Shown here piece by piece: positions 51,133-61,211 of a stretch of DNA of 64,000 nt (its first letter is position 1; each line of letters opens with the position of its first letter). This DNA comes from Lachnospiraceae bacterium (GTDB taxonomy: Bacteria > Bacillota > Clostridia > Lachnospirales > Lachnospiraceae), in NCBI GenBank assembly GCA_014804655.1, contig JAAUZK010000014.1:65704-129703 (forward strand). The letters run 5' to 3'. The position numbers and the translations under genes are program-made. The notes under the pieces were generated by a model, which saw only the letters and a program-made list of their open reading frames with translations, was not told where the DNA came from and searched no databases.

Positions 51133-51579
51133 ATGGGAATGTTTACGGCTTTTGATATTAATGCCTCCGGTATGACAGCGGAACGTTTTCGTATGGATAC
51201 GATATCCCAGAATATAGCGAATGCGAATACGACTCGTACCGAGGATGGCAGCCCTTACCGCAGGAAGGTGGTTGTTTTTGAGGAGAAGAATTCTCAGACA
51301 CCCTTCAGACAGGTGTTAAACCGGGCGACGGACCGTTATTCGGGAACTGGAGTTAAGGTGACGGGTGTCTACGAAGATAAATGGACGGAAGGCAATATTG
51401 TCTATGATCCGTCTCATCCGGACGCCGATGAGAACGGTTATGTTCATTATCCGAATGTGAGCACGATCACGGAGATGACGAACTTAATCGATGCAAGCCG
51501 CGCTTATCAGGCGAATGCGACAGCATTTGAAGCCAGTAAGAATATCGCGACTACAGGATTAAATATGCTGAACGGCTAG
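51133..51579 (+). CDS. flgC: Flagellar basal body rod protein FlgC
   Basis: ISQNIANANTTRT…PYRRK; YDPSHPDAD..GYV.YPNV. Confidence 0.97.
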   Translation: MGMFTAFDINASGMTAERFRMDTISQNIANANTTRTEDGSPYRRKVVVFEEKNSQTPFRQVLNRATDRYSGTGVKVTGVYEDKWTEGNIVYDPSHPDADENGYVHYPNVSTITEMTNLIDASRAYQANATAFEASKNIATTGLNMLNG

Positions 51580-51622
51580 TGAAGAGAATATAATATAAGG
51601 GTTTGTGTACGGAGGGAAGGAA

Positions 51623-51949
51623 ATGGCATTGGATATTACAGAACTTTATAATGTGTCTTCGGGAGCGATTAAAGATGTTGCCAAGACGGCTGCAACCAAT
51701 AAGCCTGAATCATATGCGGATCAGGGTTTTGACAATCTGTTACATACCGCCATCGACAATCTGGTTACGACGAACAATTATCTGTCGGATGCGGAGAACG
51801 AGAAGATCAAATGGGCGCTTGGTGAGACCGAGAACACGCACGACTTAAGTATTGCCTTGCAGAAGGCATCTACAGCTTTGCAGTATACGGTTGCAATCAG
51901 GGATAAACTTTTGGATGCTTACAAAGAACTTATCAATATGCAGATCTAG
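51623..51949 (+). CDS. fliE: Flagellar hook-basal body protein FliE
   Basis: C-terminal ALQKAS.ALQY.VAIRDKLLDAYKELINMQI. Confidence 0.95.
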   Translation: MALDITELYNVSSGAIKDVAKTAATNKPESYADQGFDNLLHTAIDNLVTTNNYLSDAENEKIKWALGETENTHDLSIALQKASTALQYTVAIRDKLLDAYKELINMQI

Positions 51950-52033
51950 CGGCTGTGGGGAGCAGACGGACGGATCGGTGCGCACTTTGCGTAGGTAAGG
52001 GTATAAGGGAAGACTGAAGGAGAATGAGTTGCT

Positions 52034-53644
52034 GTGGATAAATTGTTAGAGAAGTTAAAAGAATTGGGAAGCCGGCTGCTGGAATGGTGGAATCGGTTTA
52101 CGGCGAAACAAAAGACGCTGATCGTAAGCGGGGTTGCTTTGATAATCATAGCGATCGTGTTTGTCGTGTCCATGCTGACACAGCCCAAGTATGTATTGTT
52201 ACGGGAGTGTGAGACCACGAAGGAAGCGGCGGAAGTGCGGGATCTGCTGGAAGGTGAGGGTATGACCTACACGGTTTCGGATGACGGTCTTATGATCAGG
52301 ATCCTTAAGGATCAGCTGTCCGATGCGAATCTGCTTCTGGGCGCGAATAATATCAAGGCGGCAAGTTACGGAATCGAGAATGTGACGGATGGAAGCTTTT
52401 CCACTACGGAATCCGATAAACAGAAGAAATATGTAGTGTACTTACAGGAATATCTGGCAAAGGACATGATCTCCAAGTTTACGGCGGTTAAGAGCGCGGT
52501 CGTAAAACTCAATATTCCGGAGAACGGCGGGACACTGCTTGATTCGGAGGCGGAATCTTCCGCATGGGTGCAGTTGGAACTGAAAGATGAGTTTAATACG
52601 GACAATGCGGCGTATCTGGCCCGCGCGATCGCAACGGCGATCGGCAATGACACGACGAATAACATCGTGATCACGGACAGCGAGGGCAATATGCTGTTCA
52701 GCGGTGACGATAATTATACGGTATCCGGTGCCGCTAACGCGCAGCTTTCTGTGAAATCAGAGGCGGAGAAGCGGGTGATCGGCGAGGTGCGCAAGGTACT
52801 GCTCGGCACGAAGGAATTTGACAATGTAGAGGTGGCGACCAATCTGGTGCTTGATTTCTCTACCACCACGAGGACGAATCATAATTATTCCGCACCGGAC
52901 GGACGGACGGAAGGAATGACTGCACACGAGGATATTTTCAGTGCGGAAAATACAAGTAATGTGGGCGGAATTCCCGGAACGGATTCCAATGACGACGATA
53001 CTACATATGTGCTGGATGATAACGGTAATTCTTCTTCCACACAGTCTGAGGAGTCGAGAGATTATCTTCCGAATGAGGAGATCGTTACGACGGAGACGCC
53101 TGCGGGACTGATTGACTATAGTCAGTCTTCCCTGGCGGCCTCTTTAATCAAATACAATATTATCAGAGAAGAGGATGTGCGGACTCAGGGCGAGCTGGAC
53201 GGTGTTACATGGGAAGAATACAAGCTGGCTCATGCGGAACGTACTAAAATAGATGTAGAAGAGGAGTTCTATGCGGCGGTTGCCAATGCTACCGGTATTT
53301 CAACAGACAGCATTTCACTGGTGGCTTATAGTGAGAACCTGTTCTTTGATGCAGAAGGTTCTAATATTACGGCAACGGATATCCTGCAGATTATTCTGAT
53401 TGTTGTGATTCTGGCGCTGCTTGCGTTCGTAGTGCTCAGAAGCATGCGTGGAGAGAAACACGAGAACGAAGAGGAAGAATTGGCAGTCGAGACACTTTTG
53501 CAGTCTACACCCGAAACACAGTTAGCGGATATTTCGCTTGAGAATGAGTCGGAGGAGAGAAGGCTGATCAATAAATTCGTGGAAGAGAATCCGGAGGCGG
53601 TGGCGAATCTGCTGCGCAACTGGCTGAACGAAGACTGGGGGTAG
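52034..53644 (+). CDS. fliF: Flagellar M-ring protein FliF
   Basis: Two TMs; C-terminal NPEAVANLLRNWL; gene order. Confidence 0.95.
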   Translation: MDKLLEKLKELGSRLLEWWNRFTAKQKTLIVSGVALIIIAIVFVVSMLTQPKYVLLRECETTKEAAEVRDLLEGEGMTYTVSDDGLMIRILKDQLSDANLLLGANNIKAASYGIENVTDGSFSTTESDKQKKYVVYLQEYLAKDMISKFTAVKSAVVKLNIPENGGTLLDSEAESSAWVQLELKDEFNTDNAAYLARAIATAIGNDTTNNIVITDSEGNMLFSGDDNYTVSGAANAQLSVKSEAEKRVIGEVRKVLLGTKEFDNVEVATNLVLDFSTTTRTNHNYSAPDGRTEGMTAHEDIFSAENTSNVGGIPGTDSNDDDTTYVLDDNGNSSSTQSEESRDYLPNEEIVTTETPAGLIDYSQSSLAASLIKYNIIREEDVRTQGELDGVTWEEYKLAHAERTKIDVEEEFYAAVANATGISTDSISLVAYSENLFFDAEGSNITATDILQIILIVVILALLAFVVLRSMRGEKHENEEEELAVETLLQSTPETQLADISLENESEERRLINKFVEENPEAVANLLRNWLNEDWG

Positions 53645-53649
53645 GATAA

Positions 53650-54669
53650 ATGGCAAAGGCGGCTGAGGAAAAGCTGACAGGCGGAGTCCAGAAAGCGGCG
53701 GTTTTATTGATCGCTCTGGGGCCGGAGAAATCAGCATCGATCTTTAAACATTTAAAGGAAGAGGAAGTAGAAGAGCTGACGCTGGAGATCGCTAATACCA
53801 GAAATATCACACCACAGATGAAGGATGATGTGATCAGCGAGTTTTATCAGATATGTCTGGCACAGCAGTATATCGCGGAGGGCGGTATCAACTATGCGAA
53901 GGAAGTTTTGGAGAAGTCCTTCGGTTCCGAGAGGGCTATGGATGTGATCGGCAAGCTGACTGCGTCCTTGCAGGTTAAGCCTTTCGAGTTTGTGAGAAAA
54001 ACAGATGCAACGCAGTTGCTTAACTTTATTCAGGATGAGCATCCTCAGACAATTGCCTTGATCTTGTCGTATCTGTCGGCATCACAGTCTGCGCTCATCT
54101 TATCGGCACTCCCGCCGGACAGACAGGCGGATGTGGCAAAGCGTATTGCCGTCATGGACAGAACCAGTCCGGACGTGATCAAGGAAGTGGAGAAAGTGTT
54201 GGAATCGAAAGTGGCATCTCTGGTCAATCAGGATTACACGGTTATCGGCGGCGTGGATGCTGTCGTAGAGATTTTGAATACGGTAGACCGTGGTACAGAG
54301 AAACATATCATGGAGACATTGGAAATCGAAGAGCCGGAACTGGCGGACGAGATCAGAAAGAAGATGTTCGTATTCGAGGATATTCTGCTTCTGGACGACA
54401 GAGCAATCCAGCGTGTGCTGCGTGATGTGGATAATGGTGATCTGGCGATCGCCTTGAAGGGATCTAATGAAGAGGTACAGACTGCGATCTTTAATAACAT
54501 GTCCAAGCGTCTCAGCGCTATGATCAAGGAGGACATGGAGTTTATGGGACCTGTACGTATGAAGGATGTAGAGGAAGCACAGCAGAAGATTGTAAATATC
54601 ATCAGAAAGCTGGAAGACTCCGCAGAAATTGTTATCTCCAGAGGTGGAGGTGACGAGATCATTGTCTAG
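53650..54669 (+). CDS. fliG: Flagellar motor switch protein FliG
   Basis: KAAVLLIALG, EHPQTIALIL, MFVFED, GPVRMKDVEEAQ. Confidence 0.98.
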   Translation: MAKAAEEKLTGGVQKAAVLLIALGPEKSASIFKHLKEEEVEELTLEIANTRNITPQMKDDVISEFYQICLAQQYIAEGGINYAKEVLEKSFGSERAMDVIGKLTASLQVKPFEFVRKTDATQLLNFIQDEHPQTIALILSYLSASQSALILSALPPDRQADVAKRIAVMDRTSPDVIKEVEKVLESKVASLVNQDYTVIGGVDAVVEILNTVDRGTEKHIMETLEIEEPELADEIRKKMFVFEDILLLDDRAIQRVLRDVDNGDLAIALKGSNEEVQTAIFNNMSKRLSAMIKEDMEFMGPVRMKDVEEAQQKIVNIIRKLEDSAEIVISRGGGDEIIV

Positions 54670-55555
54670 GAATTTGTATAAATCCAGTTGGGTTGTAGTA
54701 TCCAACGATGAGAAATGTGTAATTGACAGCAACGCCCGCATGGAGAGCAGAATCGAGGAACTGGAGGCACTCAGGCAGGCAAGATTGAATTCTCCTGTGG
54801 GATATGGAGAAGAAGCTGAGGACGGAGAACCGGAATTTGTGAGCGGACTCGGCGGAGAAGAAATCGATGCGCTTCTGGCCGATCATGTGGAAGGTGCGGA
54901 AGGCGGTATCATCAAGGCGCAGGTACAGGATAAAGGTCCGGATCTTGAGGAGATCAAGGCGCAGGCGCAGGAAATGCTTGATGATGCGCAGGCGCAGATC
55001 GATGAAATGAGAGAGGCGGCTGTGCAGGAGATTGAGATGCAGCGCCGGCAGGCGATAGAGGAAGGCAACAGGCAGGGCTATGACATGGGTCATCAGCAGG
55101 CTATGGCCGAAGTGGAGGATTTGAAGCAGGCAGTGCTTGCTGAGAAACGGCAGCTTGAAGAGGAATACGACCGGATGATCGAGAATCTGGAACCGAGATT
55201 CATTGATACGATCACGGAAGTGTATAGTCATATTTTCGGTATAGAACTGGCTGAGAACAGAGATATTCTGGTGCATTTGATCGATGCCACCTTAAGACGG
55301 GTGGAGAGCAGCAGAACCTTTATCGTACATGTTTCCCAGGAAGATTATCCCTTTGTCAATATGCAGAAGCAGGAACTCACGGAGGGAGCGACTGCCGGTA
55401 AGGGCATGGTGGAGATCATCGAGGATATTGCGCTCGGACAGGGAGCATGCCTGATCGAGACAGACGGCGGTATCTTTGACTGTGGAATCGACACGCAGCT
55501 ACAGGCGCTGACTAATAAATTGCGGGTGTTATCTTTTGAAAAATCCAATGATTAA
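54662..55555 (+). CDS. fliH: Flagellar export protein FliH
   Basis: Coiled coil with GxxxG repeats, CLIETDGG; TTG start overlapping the fliG stop. Confidence 0.9.
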   Translation: MSRNLYKSSWVVVSNDEKCVIDSNARMESRIEELEALRQARLNSPVGYGEEAEDGEPEFVSGLGGEEIDALLADHVEGAEGGIIKAQVQDKGPDLEEIKAQAQEMLDDAQAQIDEMREAAVQEIEMQRRQAIEEGNRQGYDMGHQQAMAEVEDLKQAVLAEKRQLEEEYDRMIENLEPRFIDTITEVYSHIFGIELAENRDILVHLIDATLRRVESSRTFIVHVSQEDYPFVNMQKQELTEGATAGKGMVEIIEDIALGQGACLIETDGGIFDCGIDTQLQALTNKLRVLSFEKSND

Positions 55556-56849
55556 TTTTCATAAATACAGCAGAATAGCGGACGATACGTTTTTTAAGAG
55601 AATGGGACGTGTCGAGAATGTGGTCGGGCTGACAATCGAGTCTGCCGGTCCGGAAGCTAAGCTTGGGGATCTGTGCAGGATATTCCCGACGGATGAAGAG
55701 TATCAGCCGATCATGGCGGAGGTAGTCGGGTTTAAGGAGCGTAAGACACTGCTCATGCCCTGCGGCAAGACGGATGGCATAGGACTTGGCTGTATCGTGG
55801 AGAATACGGGTGAGCCTCTGACGGTGCCGGTCAGTGACGAACTGCTCGGCAAGGTGTTGGATGGTCTCGGCAGACTGGACGGCGAATACATGAACGGAAC
55901 GCCATACAGTGTGGAAGCACAGCCTCCTGATGCCATGAGCAGGAAGATCATCGATGAAGTGCTGCCTCTGGGCGTCAAAGCAATCGATGGTCTTATGACT
56001 GTGGGCAAAGGACAGCGTATCGGCATTTTCGCAGGTTCCGGCGTAGGTAAATCTACTTTGATGGGTATGTTTGCACGCAATACGAAGGCGGACATTAACG
56101 TGATTGCACTGATCGGAGAGCGCGGCAGGGAAGTGCGTGAGTTCATAGAGCGCGACTTAGGCGAGGAAGGCATGAGGCGTTCCGTAGTCGTAGTGGCGAC
56201 ATCCGACAAGGCGGCGTTAGAGAGAAATAAGGCGGCTAAGACGGCCACCGCTATCGCGGAGTATTTCAGGGATCAGGGCAGGGATGTACTGCTTATGATG
56301 GATTCCCTCACACGTTTTTCCATGGCGCAGAGAGAAATCGGGCTGGCCAGCGGGGAACCGCCCGTATCCAGAGGATATCCGCCCAGCGTTTACTCGGAGA
56401 TGCCGAAGCTTCTCGAGAGAGCGGGCTGTGCTGAGCGAGGTTCCATTACGGGGCTTTATACAGTGCTGGTAGACGGTGATGATATGAATGAGCCGATTAC
56501 GGATACTGCCAGAAGTATTCTGGACGGTCATATTATGTTGAACCGGAAACTCGCGCATCAGAATCATTATCCCGCGATTGATGTATTGCAGAGTATTTCG
56601 AGATGTATGTCACAGATCGTAAATAAAGAGCATAAAGGACTGGCCGGACAGCTTAAGAATGTACTGGCGACCTATAATGAGGCGGAGGATTTGATCAATA
56701 TCGGGGCCTATAAGAGTGGCAGCAATCCGAAGATTGACTATGCCATCGCCAAGATTGATGCTGTGAATGAGTTCCTTTTGCAGGATGTAAACGATAAATT
56801 TGATTACGAGCAGGCTGTAGATATGTTGCGGGAGCTCTTTGCAGAGTAA
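55548..56849 (+). CDS. fliI: Flagellar export ATPase FliI
   Basis: GQRIGIFAGSGVGKS, IGERGREV, DSLTRF, GYPPSV. Confidence 0.98.
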   Translation: MINFHKYSRIADDTFFKRMGRVENVVGLTIESAGPEAKLGDLCRIFPTDEEYQPIMAEVVGFKERKTLLMPCGKTDGIGLGCIVENTGEPLTVPVSDELLGKVLDGLGRLDGEYMNGTPYSVEAQPPDAMSRKIIDEVLPLGVKAIDGLMTVGKGQRIGIFAGSGVGKSTLMGMFARNTKADINVIALIGERGREVREFIERDLGEEGMRRSVVVVATSDKAALERNKAAKTATAIAEYFRDQGRDVLLMMDSLTRFSMAQREIGLASGEPPVSRGYPPSVYSEMPKLLERAGCAERGSITGLYTVLVDGDDMNEPITDTARSILDGHIMLNRKLAHQNHYPAIDVLQSISRCMSQIVNKEHKGLAGQLKNVLATYNEAEDLINIGAYKSGSNPKIDYAIAKIDAVNEFLLQDVNDKFDYEQAVDMLRELFAE

Positions 56850-56862
56850 GGGGTGACCGGTC

Positions 56863-57315
56863 ATGGCGAAGTTTGCATACAGGATGCAGAGTATCCTGAA
56901 TATCCAGTATCAGTTGGAAAATCAGGCGAAGATGGAACTCGGCAGAGCACAGATGTGGTTGCTTGAGGAGGAAGAGAAGCTGCAGGGGCTGATCGACAGG
57001 AAAGAGGCTTATCTGGAAGAAGGCAGGAGGATGCGCAGTGACGCGCTGAGCGTCAATGACTTGAGAGATAACAGAAATGCCATGTTAATCATGGATGAAA
57101 TGATAGAAGTGCAGCGAGGGCAGGTCGCATTGGCCGAGGAAGCCGTGGAAGCGGCGAGATTCAAGCTGCAGGAGATCATGCAGGAGCGTAAGATGCACGA
57201 GAGGCTTAAAGAGAAGGCCTTCGACCAGTTCGTGAAGGAGGAGAATGCCGCAGAGGGCAAGGCGGTGGACGAACTGACCAGTTATACTTACGGACAGCGT
57301 GGAAAAGGGGAGTAA
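56863..57315 (+). CDS. fliJ: Flagellar export chaperone FliJ
   Basis: MAKFAYRMQSIL N-terminus, coiled coil, position after fliI. Confidence 0.92.
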   Translation: MAKFAYRMQSILNIQYQLENQAKMELGRAQMWLLEEEEKLQGLIDRKEAYLEEGRRMRSDALSVNDLRDNRNAMLIMDEMIEVQRGQVALAEEAVEAARFKLQEIMQERKMHERLKEKAFDQFVKEENAAEGKAVDELTSYTYGQRGKGE

Positions 57316-57317
57316 GA

Positions 57318-58193
57318 ATGGCGGACGAACTTTTGAATGTCGGGGTGGATACCAAGGCAGAAAAAAAGAGATTAAAAGAAGAACGTAAGAAGATAAAGGA
57401 ACAGCAGAAAGCCCAGAAGAAGGAAGCGAAGCAGAAAGCCAAGGAAATTTCGGCACAGGAAGCCCAGCTTGCCGAGGACGAGGATCCGGGCGGCGTTTCC
57501 GTAGTTTTGGTAACAGTTGTTATCATTATAATCTGGCTGGCGATCCTGTGTCTGTTGATCAAGTTGGATGTGGGCGGGTTCGGGTCCGGCGTGCTTGCAC
57601 CGGTATTAAAGGATGTTCCGGTGATCAACAAGATTCTGCCCGCGGATACGGTGGTAACTACGGATGATGAGGAAGCCTACGGGGGTTATACAAGCCTGCG
57701 GGAGGCTGTGGACTATATCAGGGAGCTTGAACTGGAGCTGGAGAGAGCACAGTCGGACAGTAATTTAGATTATGAGGAGCTGGAGCAGCTGCGTGCGGAG
57801 ATTGAACGGTTACAGACTTTCGAGGACGCGCAGGTTGAATTCGAGCGGATCAAGACAGAGTTCTATGAGGAAGTTGTCTATGCGGAGAAAGGGCCGGGAG
57901 CGGATGCTTATCAGAAGTATTATGAGAGCATGGATCCTGCCACGGCGGAATATCTGTATAAACAGGTAGTAGAGCAGGCAGAGGCGGATGCAGAGATTCA
58001 AGATTACGCGCAGGCTTACTCCGAGATGAAACCCAAGGAAGCGGCGGCGATTTTCGAGAGTTTGACAGACGATCTGGATCTTGCGGCCAAGATTCTGTAC
58101 CAGATGAGCGCCGAGGACCGAGGTAAAATATTAGGTGTTATGGATTCGGAAACAGCGGCCAGATTGACGAAGATCATGGACCCTGATTCGTAA
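57318..58193 (+). CDS. MotE/YlxF-like flagellar protein (MgtE N-like C-terminus)
   Basis: TM plus coiled coil; YSEMKPKEAAAIF…KILGVMD; position between fliJ and fliK. Confidence 0.8.
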   Translation: MADELLNVGVDTKAEKKRLKEERKKIKEQQKAQKKEAKQKAKEISAQEAQLAEDEDPGGVSVVLVTVVIIIIWLAILCLLIKLDVGGFGSGVLAPVLKDVPVINKILPADTVVTTDDEEAYGGYTSLREAVDYIRELELELERAQSDSNLDYEELEQLRAEIERLQTFEDAQVEFERIKTEFYEEVVYAEKGPGADAYQKYYESMDPATAEYLYKQVVEQAEADAEIQDYAQAYSEMKPKEAAAIFESLTDDLDLAAKILYQMSAEDRGKILGVMDSETAARLTKIMDPDS

Positions 58194-58229
58194 ACAAATC
58201 TCGCAATCGAGCTTGCTCGATTTGTCACT

Positions 58230-58256
58230 TTAGGAATTGCCGCGATGAGCCGATAT
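58230..58256 (+). promoter_or_regulatory. Putative internal sigma28 promoter upstream of fliK
   Basis: TTAG-N15-GCCGATAT. Confidence 0.65.
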
Positions 58257-58346
58257 ATATTGCAGCGGCAGAGTATGCCGTGGGCTTTATATATAATATA
58301 TGCCGAAAGGCAGGAACCTTGAAAATTGAAGAAAGGAGGAAAGAGT

Positions 58347-59828
58347 ATGACTGTAAACAATGTGAATGCTCTGCTGAATTACACCGCGGGACAGACAGAC
58401 CCGGCAGGTATGAAGCAGGATGGGCTTGCACAGGACAGTTTCAATCAGGTCATGGCGAAGGTAAGCGATACGATCAGCACTCTGCGGACGGAAGCGGCAG
58501 GTAATGCGGTGAATACATCGGCCGCGGTTCAGACGACGGGAGTAACAGCCACGGCGAAGACGGGGGCAGCGGTGTCAAAAGATGCTGCAACGCAGGAAAC
58601 ATCTAAGAAAGCGGATCCCGATTCCGGTAAGACCGGGGATGCAGCCGGACAGAAAGACAATGATAAAATTGCCGAAGCTTCCGGAAACGATAAGCAGACA
58701 GATCAGGCAGCGGAAGAGATTGAAGAAACCGCGAAAGAGCTGGTGCAGGAAATCGCGAAAGAGATGGATGTGACACCGGAAGAAGTGGAAGAAGCCATGG
58801 CAGTGCTGGGACTTACGGCGGTGCAGTTGTTTGACACCGACAATCTGAAACAGCTTCTGCTCCAGATCACGGGCAGCACAGACGAGTTGTCTCTGGTGAC
58901 CGATGAGGCGCTTTATGGCAATCTTCAAAATCTGCTTGGTACAGTGGAGGAAAGTCTGGGCAGTTTGGCCGAAGAACTGGGCATGACCGAAGATGAGGTG
59001 AACGCACTGATGGAACAGATGATTGCCGATGCCGGTGAAACTGAAGTTACGGAGGCAGAAGATGTGACGGAGGTAAATCTGGAAGGCATGAAGGATTATA
59101 CGGTATCAGTGCAGAAAGACGGCAAGACGGTTCAGGTAAAAGTTACCGTGGACGATGCGAGCGGCAATAAGAGCGTTCAGGAGGAAGTGACAGACGCCCC
59201 GAAGACGGAGGTGCAGGCCGGACATAGGACGAGGGAGAAAAATGCTTCTGCGGACAGTGGCAAGGGAGACGGCAGCCATGCAGGCAATGCTTTCTTACAG
59301 ACCTTGGATAAGGCAATGGAGACAGGCGAGACATCGGAGCCCGTTAACGTAGAGTACCGTTCGGTGCAGACGGAAGATATCATGAATCAGATCATGGATT
59401 ACATGAAGATCAACCTGAAGGCAGAATCGCAGGAGATGGAGTTACAGCTGCATCCCGCAAGTCTGGGTACGGTAGGCGTACAGATCGCTGCGAAAGACGG
59501 TGTGATCACGGCACATTTCACGACCCAGAACGAGACAGTCCGCGCGGTCATTGAAACACAACTGATCCAGCTTAAGAATCAGTTCGAAGAGCAAGGGATC
59601 AAGGTCGATGCGGTGGAAGTTACGGTTGCAAACCATGCGTACGGACAGCAGTTCTCACAGGAACAGGAGAATGCGGACGGTAAGCAGGGAAAAGCGCAGA
59701 AGAGCACCAGACGGATCAATCTGGATGAGCTGGGAGAAGAAGCCGAGCTTGACGAGATGGAAGATTCCGAGCGCATCGCGGTGGAGATGATGCAGGCAAG
59801 CGGCAGCACGGTAGACTATACTGCTTAG
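58347..59828 (+). CDS. fliK: Flagellar hook-length control protein FliK
   Basis: C-terminal ELQLHPASLGTV…LKNQFEEQGIKVDAVEV domain; RBS ggagg. Confidence 0.93.
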   Translation: MTVNNVNALLNYTAGQTDPAGMKQDGLAQDSFNQVMAKVSDTISTLRTEAAGNAVNTSAAVQTTGVTATAKTGAAVSKDAATQETSKKADPDSGKTGDAAGQKDNDKIAEASGNDKQTDQAAEEIEETAKELVQEIAKEMDVTPEEVEEAMAVLGLTAVQLFDTDNLKQLLLQITGSTDELSLVTDEALYGNLQNLLGTVEESLGSLAEELGMTEDEVNALMEQMIADAGETEVTEAEDVTEVNLEGMKDYTVSVQKDGKTVQVKVTVDDASGNKSVQEEVTDAPKTEVQAGHRTREKNASADSGKGDGSHAGNAFLQTLDKAMETGETSEPVNVEYRSVQTEDIMNQIMDYMKINLKAESQEMELQLHPASLGTVGVQIAAKDGVITAHFTTQNETVRAVIETQLIQLKNQFEEQGIKVDAVEVTVANHAYGQQFSQEQENADGKQGKAQKSTRRINLDELGEEAELDEMEDSERIAVEMMQASGSTVDYTA

Positions 59829-59892
59829 AAGGCAGAGCATGAACGGCAGGAAGATAAGTGTCATTCCTGCTTACACACCTCAGGGTGAGATA

Positions 59893-59953
59893 GATTGAAA
59901 AATCAGAGATTTTTCAATCGCAAATTTGTGCCTTGCGGCTACAAATTCGCAGG
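59893..59953. repeat. 61-bp double-hairpin repeat, copy 2
   Basis: 60/61 identical to 32393-32453. Confidence 0.9.
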
Positions 59954-59996
59954 TTGAGCAAGAATGAGGGATTAATAATGAGAGGAGATGAAGTAA

Positions 59997-60686
59997 ATGG
60001 GAGTAGTACAGGAAGTAAAAGACGGTAAACTCGTCGATAACACATCGGCTACGTCTATAGCGAATGAGAAAGCGAAGAAGACCGGCAATTCCAGTCTGGA
60101 TAAGGATGCTTTCCTGCAGCTTCTGGTAGCGCAGATGAAGTATCAGGATCCTTTGGAGCCTACGTCCAACACGGAGTATATTTCCCAGTTCGCAACGTTC
60201 TCGGAACTTGAGCAGATGCAGAATATGAGTGCGACACTTGAGCTTTCCAGAGCATCCAGTCTGGTAGGACAGACGGTGCTTATGTCGGTAACGGACAGCC
60301 AGGGCAGAACGACGACCGTACAGGGTAATGTGGATTATGTATCATATGAGGGCGGCAAAGCGTATCTTTCCATCGGCGGAGAGTTGTATTCTTTGGACGA
60401 TCTGGATAAGGTGGCGGATAAGAAATATCTGGATGCATACGCGCTGGCGGCAGAATTCTTGAACATCCTCAATAAGCTTCCCGATGTCAGTCTGCTGACA
60501 ACGGATGACAAGGAAAGGGTAGACAGACTGGAAGAGATCTACGAAGGCATGGACGACTACCAGAAGGGCTTCCTTACGGACGATTATCTCGAGAAAGCGG
60601 AAGCATATATTAAGAGAATGAAAGATATTACGCCGAATACGGACGGTGATGAAACACCCAAGACGGAAGGATCCGGAGAAAGTTAA
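59997..60686 (+). CDS. flgD: Flagellar hook capping protein FlgD
   Basis: LDKDAFLQLLVAQMKYQDPLEP…SQFATFSELEQM. Confidence 0.96.
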   Translation: MGVVQEVKDGKLVDNTSATSIANEKAKKTGNSSLDKDAFLQLLVAQMKYQDPLEPTSNTEYISQFATFSELEQMQNMSATLELSRASSLVGQTVLMSVTDSQGRTTTVQGNVDYVSYEGGKAYLSIGGELYSLDDLDKVADKKYLDAYALAAEFLNILNKLPDVSLLTTDDKERVDRLEEIYEGMDDYQKGFLTDDYLEKAEAYIKRMKDITPNTDGDETPKTEGSGES

Positions 60687-60725
60687 GCGCCTAAGGCGGC
60701 AGTCATCTCAAGGAGGAGAGAGAAT

Positions 60726-61130
60726 ATGAAGATTCAAGGCAATCAATTCCTTTCCATAGAGCAGCTGCAGGATCAATATTTAAACACAGGCAGACAGCAG
60801 GCAGGAGCGCCGAAACCAAATACCACGAGTTTTCAGGATATCTTATCCGGCAAGACGGACAGTATCCGGACAGAGGGGGAGGTCAGATTCTCCAAGCATG
60901 CAGCCAACCGCCTTAACGACAGGAATATTGAACTGACGAAGGATCAGGTGGAACGCCTGAACATGGGAGCAGCCAAAGCGGGTGCGAAAGGAATCAATGA
61001 ATCATTAGTCATCGTCGATTCACTGGCGTTTATCGTGAATGTACCGAATCAGACGGTCATCACCGCGATGGATCAGACGGAAACAGACGAGAATGTATTT
61101 ACCAATATTGACGGAGCCGTAATTATTTAG
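60726..61130 (+). CDS. Flagellar operon protein (TIGR02530-like)
   Basis: FSKHA..RL..RNI; TVITAMD…VFTNIDGAVI. Confidence 0.9.
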   Translation: MKIQGNQFLSIEQLQDQYLNTGRQQAGAPKPNTTSFQDILSGKTDSIRTEGEVRFSKHAANRLNDRNIELTKDQVERLNMGAAKAGAKGINESLVIVDSLAFIVNVPNQTVITAMDQTETDENVFTNIDGAVII

Positions 61131-61211
61131 CCGGACCTTTACGGAGGCTAATGTCCCTGACTGACAGAGGGGGCAGGCGGTTTCACACAGATATAAGGAG
61201 GTCATATCACT

